A model generated the notes under the pieces. The model did no database searches. It saw only the letters and a list, made by a program, of their open reading frames with translations, and was not told the DNA's origin. Below, one piece after another: positions 39,038 through 40,850 of a stretch of DNA of 40,850 nucleotides. The position numbers were made by a program, and so were the translations under genes. The first letter of the stretch is position 1. Each line of letters starts with the position of its first letter. The DNA comes from a virus. The DNA lies in IMG/VR virus record IMGVR_UViG_3300045155_000039. One strand, written 5' to 3'.

Positions 39038-40850
39038 ATGGAATCATATAGCGTTGAAGCGATCCTTTCGGCTGTCGACAAGAATTTTTCTTCTACCATG
39101 AAGAATGCTGATAGTTCGATGAACAACTTAGATAGCAGCACTCAAAAAACGAATACTTCTATCCTCGATATCGCCAAAGGTATCGGGGTTTTTAAATTGA
39201 TTGATAATGCTATCGGATTAGTTACTAGTTCATTAGGCGGTGCTATCGATCGTTTCGACACATTGAACAAATACCCAGTCGTTATGCAAGCGTTGGGCTA
39301 TTCTACTGATGATGTTGACAAATCCATGAACAAACTGACAGACGGAATAGACGGATTGCCAACAAGTTTAGATGAAATTGTATCTAGCGCTCAACAGCTA
39401 GCTATTTCAACAGGTGATTTGCAAAAAGGGACAGACACAGCAGTAGCCTTAAACAATGCTTTCTTGGCCAGTGGTGCTTCTGCAGCTGATGCAAGTCGTG
39501 GGGCGCAACAATACCAGCAAATGTTGTCAAAAGGAGAAGTCGATCTTCAGTCTTGGCGTTCTTTGCTTGAAACAATGCCAATTGCAATGGATAAGGTGTC
39601 GAAGTCCTTTAGTGATCAAGGCGTTAACTCAGCGAATGACTTATATGCTGCCTTGAAGAAAGGCGATATTACATTTGATGATTTTAACAGTCGTTTAATC
39701 GAACTGAATGAAGGTGTCGGCGGCTTTGCTGAATTAGCTCAAAAGAACTCGGCTGGTATCAGGACTTCTTTTGCAAACATCAAGACAGCAGTTGTAAAAG
39801 GTTTGGCGAATGTTATCACAGCGATTGATGAAGGAATGCAAGACGCTGGGCTTGGATCGATTGCAGAAAACTTTGACAAGATCAAAGGAGCGGTCAACGT
39901 AGCTTTCAAAGCTATCACTGACAGCATTCCACCGGCAATTAGCTTTTTGACAACTCTGTGGGACACGATTAAACCTTTCTTACCGCTAATCATGGCAGTA
40001 GTAGGATATATAGGTATCTACCAAGGTGTCATGGGTACTGCTAGAAAAGCAGTTGAGCTATACAATGGCGCTCAAAAAATGATGAACGTGCTGATGAAAT
40101 TAAATCCAATCGGACTCGTTATTGCAGCGGTTATCGCTCTTGTTGCAGGATTCATCTATCTTTGGAATACAAGCGAAGGCTTTAGAAATTTTTGGATTGG
40201 TCTTTGGGAAGGAATTCAGAACGTTGTTGGCGCTGCTGTTGATTGGATCGTCTCTGCTTGGAATGGAATGACAGAATTCTTTTCGAATGCATGGGACGGT
40301 TTAGTAGAAGGCAGTAAACAAGCGGTTGATAGCGTCAAAAAGGGATGGCAGAATACCAAGCAATGGTTTGCAGACCTCTGGCAAGGTATCAAAGATTCGG
40401 CAAGCGATATGTGGCAAGGAACAAAGCAAGCATTTAGTGATGGTGTAGATAATATCGTTTCAGTTTGGGATGGAATCACACAATGGTTCTCAGACTTATG
40501 GAACGGGATTAAATCAACAGTTACTTCTATCGTTAAAGGTATTGCAGATGGAATCATGAGCCGTTTCGGAACGCTTGTGTACGGTGTTCGAAATGCGTTT
40601 ATCCATATGAGCTTTTTCCTTAAAACACTCTGGACAAATTTAGTGAATATTGCTGGTCAGATATTTGAAATTATGAAAAACGTTATTCTAGCTCCAGTGC
40701 TATTCGTGACTTCTTTAATCTCAGGCGGCTGGGAAGAAGCTAAGAATAATATGATAGGCGTATGGAACAACATTCAAACTGCAGCGGCGAACATCTGGGC
40801 TTCCATTCAAGCGATTTTTGATAGCTTCTTAACTAATACTCAGATGGCGT
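39038..40850 (+). CDS. Tail tape measure protein, N-terminal part (continues at nt 128 after the overlap; about 904 aa in total)
   Basis: GGAGG lies 6 nt upstream of the ATG at 39038. My hand translation found no stop before the window end. A TP901-type core (LQKGTDTAVALNNAFLASGASAADASRGAQQYQQML), hydrophobic segments and Trp repeats are present. Confidence 0.9.
   Translation, partial: MESYSVEAILSAVDKNFSSTMKNADSSMNNLDSSTQKTNTSILDIAKGIGVFKLIDNAIGLVTSSLGGAIDRFDTLNKYPVVMQALGYSTDDVDKSMNKLTDGIDGLPTSLDEIVSSAQQLAISTGDLQKGTDTAVALNNAFLASGASAADASRGAQQYQQMLSKGEVDLQSWRSLLETMPIAMDKVSKSFSDQGVNSANDLYAALKKGDITFDDFNSRLIELNEGVGGFAELAQKNSAGIRTSFANIKTAVVKGLANVITAIDEGMQDAGLGSIAENFDKIKGAVNVAFKAITDSIPPAISFLTTLWDTIKPFLPLIMAVVGYIGIYQGVMGTARKAVELYNGAQKMMNVLMKLNPIGLVIAAVIALVAGFIYLWNTSEGFRNFWIGLWEGIQNVVGAAVDWIVSAWNGMTEFFSNAWDGLVEGSKQAVDSVKKGWQNTKQWFADLWQGIKDSASDMWQGTKQAFSDGVDNIVSVWDGITQWFSDLWNGIKSTVTSIVKGIADGIMSRFGTLVYGVRNAFIHMSFFLKTLWTNLVNIAGQIFEIMKNVILAPVLFVTSLISGGWEEAKNNMIGVWNNIQTAAANIWASIQAIFDSFLTNTQMA
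40724..40850. repeat. Assembly overlap, copy 2 (identical to 1-127)
   Basis: Same 127-nt string as the window start. Confidence 0.95.

Larger units (their letters stand above)
1..40850. mobile_element. Complete temperate siphovirus genome, circular or circularly permuted assembly (40723 unique bp)
   Basis: Lysogeny, replication, packaging, head, tail and lysis modules are all present. The terminal 127 nt are identical at both ends. No host genes flank the phage. Confidence 0.9.

Overview
This window is a complete temperate siphovirus genome from a low-GC Gram-positive (Bacilli-type) host, assembled as a circle. Nt 1-127 are identical to nt 40724-40850, which leaves 40723 unique bp, and the join lies inside the tape-measure gene. 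No host flanks are present, so the attachment region is an intact attP. The plus strand carries, in order: tape-measure C-terminus, Dit, Tal (lysozyme + M23), a BppU-SGNH receptor-binding protein, a lysis cassette (LL-H-type holin, amidase/SH3 endolysin), then the early genes. These are a Cro-like protein, Erf, a replisome organizer with internal ori iterons, a DnaB-like helicase, VRR-NUC, SSB, about 30 small ORFs and a RinA/ArpU-like late activator. After these come an accessory block, TerS, PBSX-type TerL, SPP1-type portal, MuF, scaffold, capsid with a frameshift Ig-like extension, connectors, major tail protein, G/GT chaperone (A_AAA_AAG slip site) and tape-measure N-terminus. The minus-strand block 9258-13516 carries an orphan three-gene cassette behind a near-consensus promoter whose spacer holds a LexA (Cheo) box. 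It also carries an autonomous SHOCT-protein + LysM-lipoprotein unit, a tyrosine integrase with CATCCACA repeats on the attP side, an ImmA-like protease and a short XRE repressor. The best candidates for undescribed biology are: (1) the LexA-box cassette; (2) a GcrA-like HTH fused to a metallophosphoesterase just upstream of terS; (3) a promoter-gene-terminator moron between the late activator and the packaging genes; and (4) a 16-nt junction sequence repeated at three consecutive gene boundaries. All functional calls rest on motifs read by eye, and no database search was possible.
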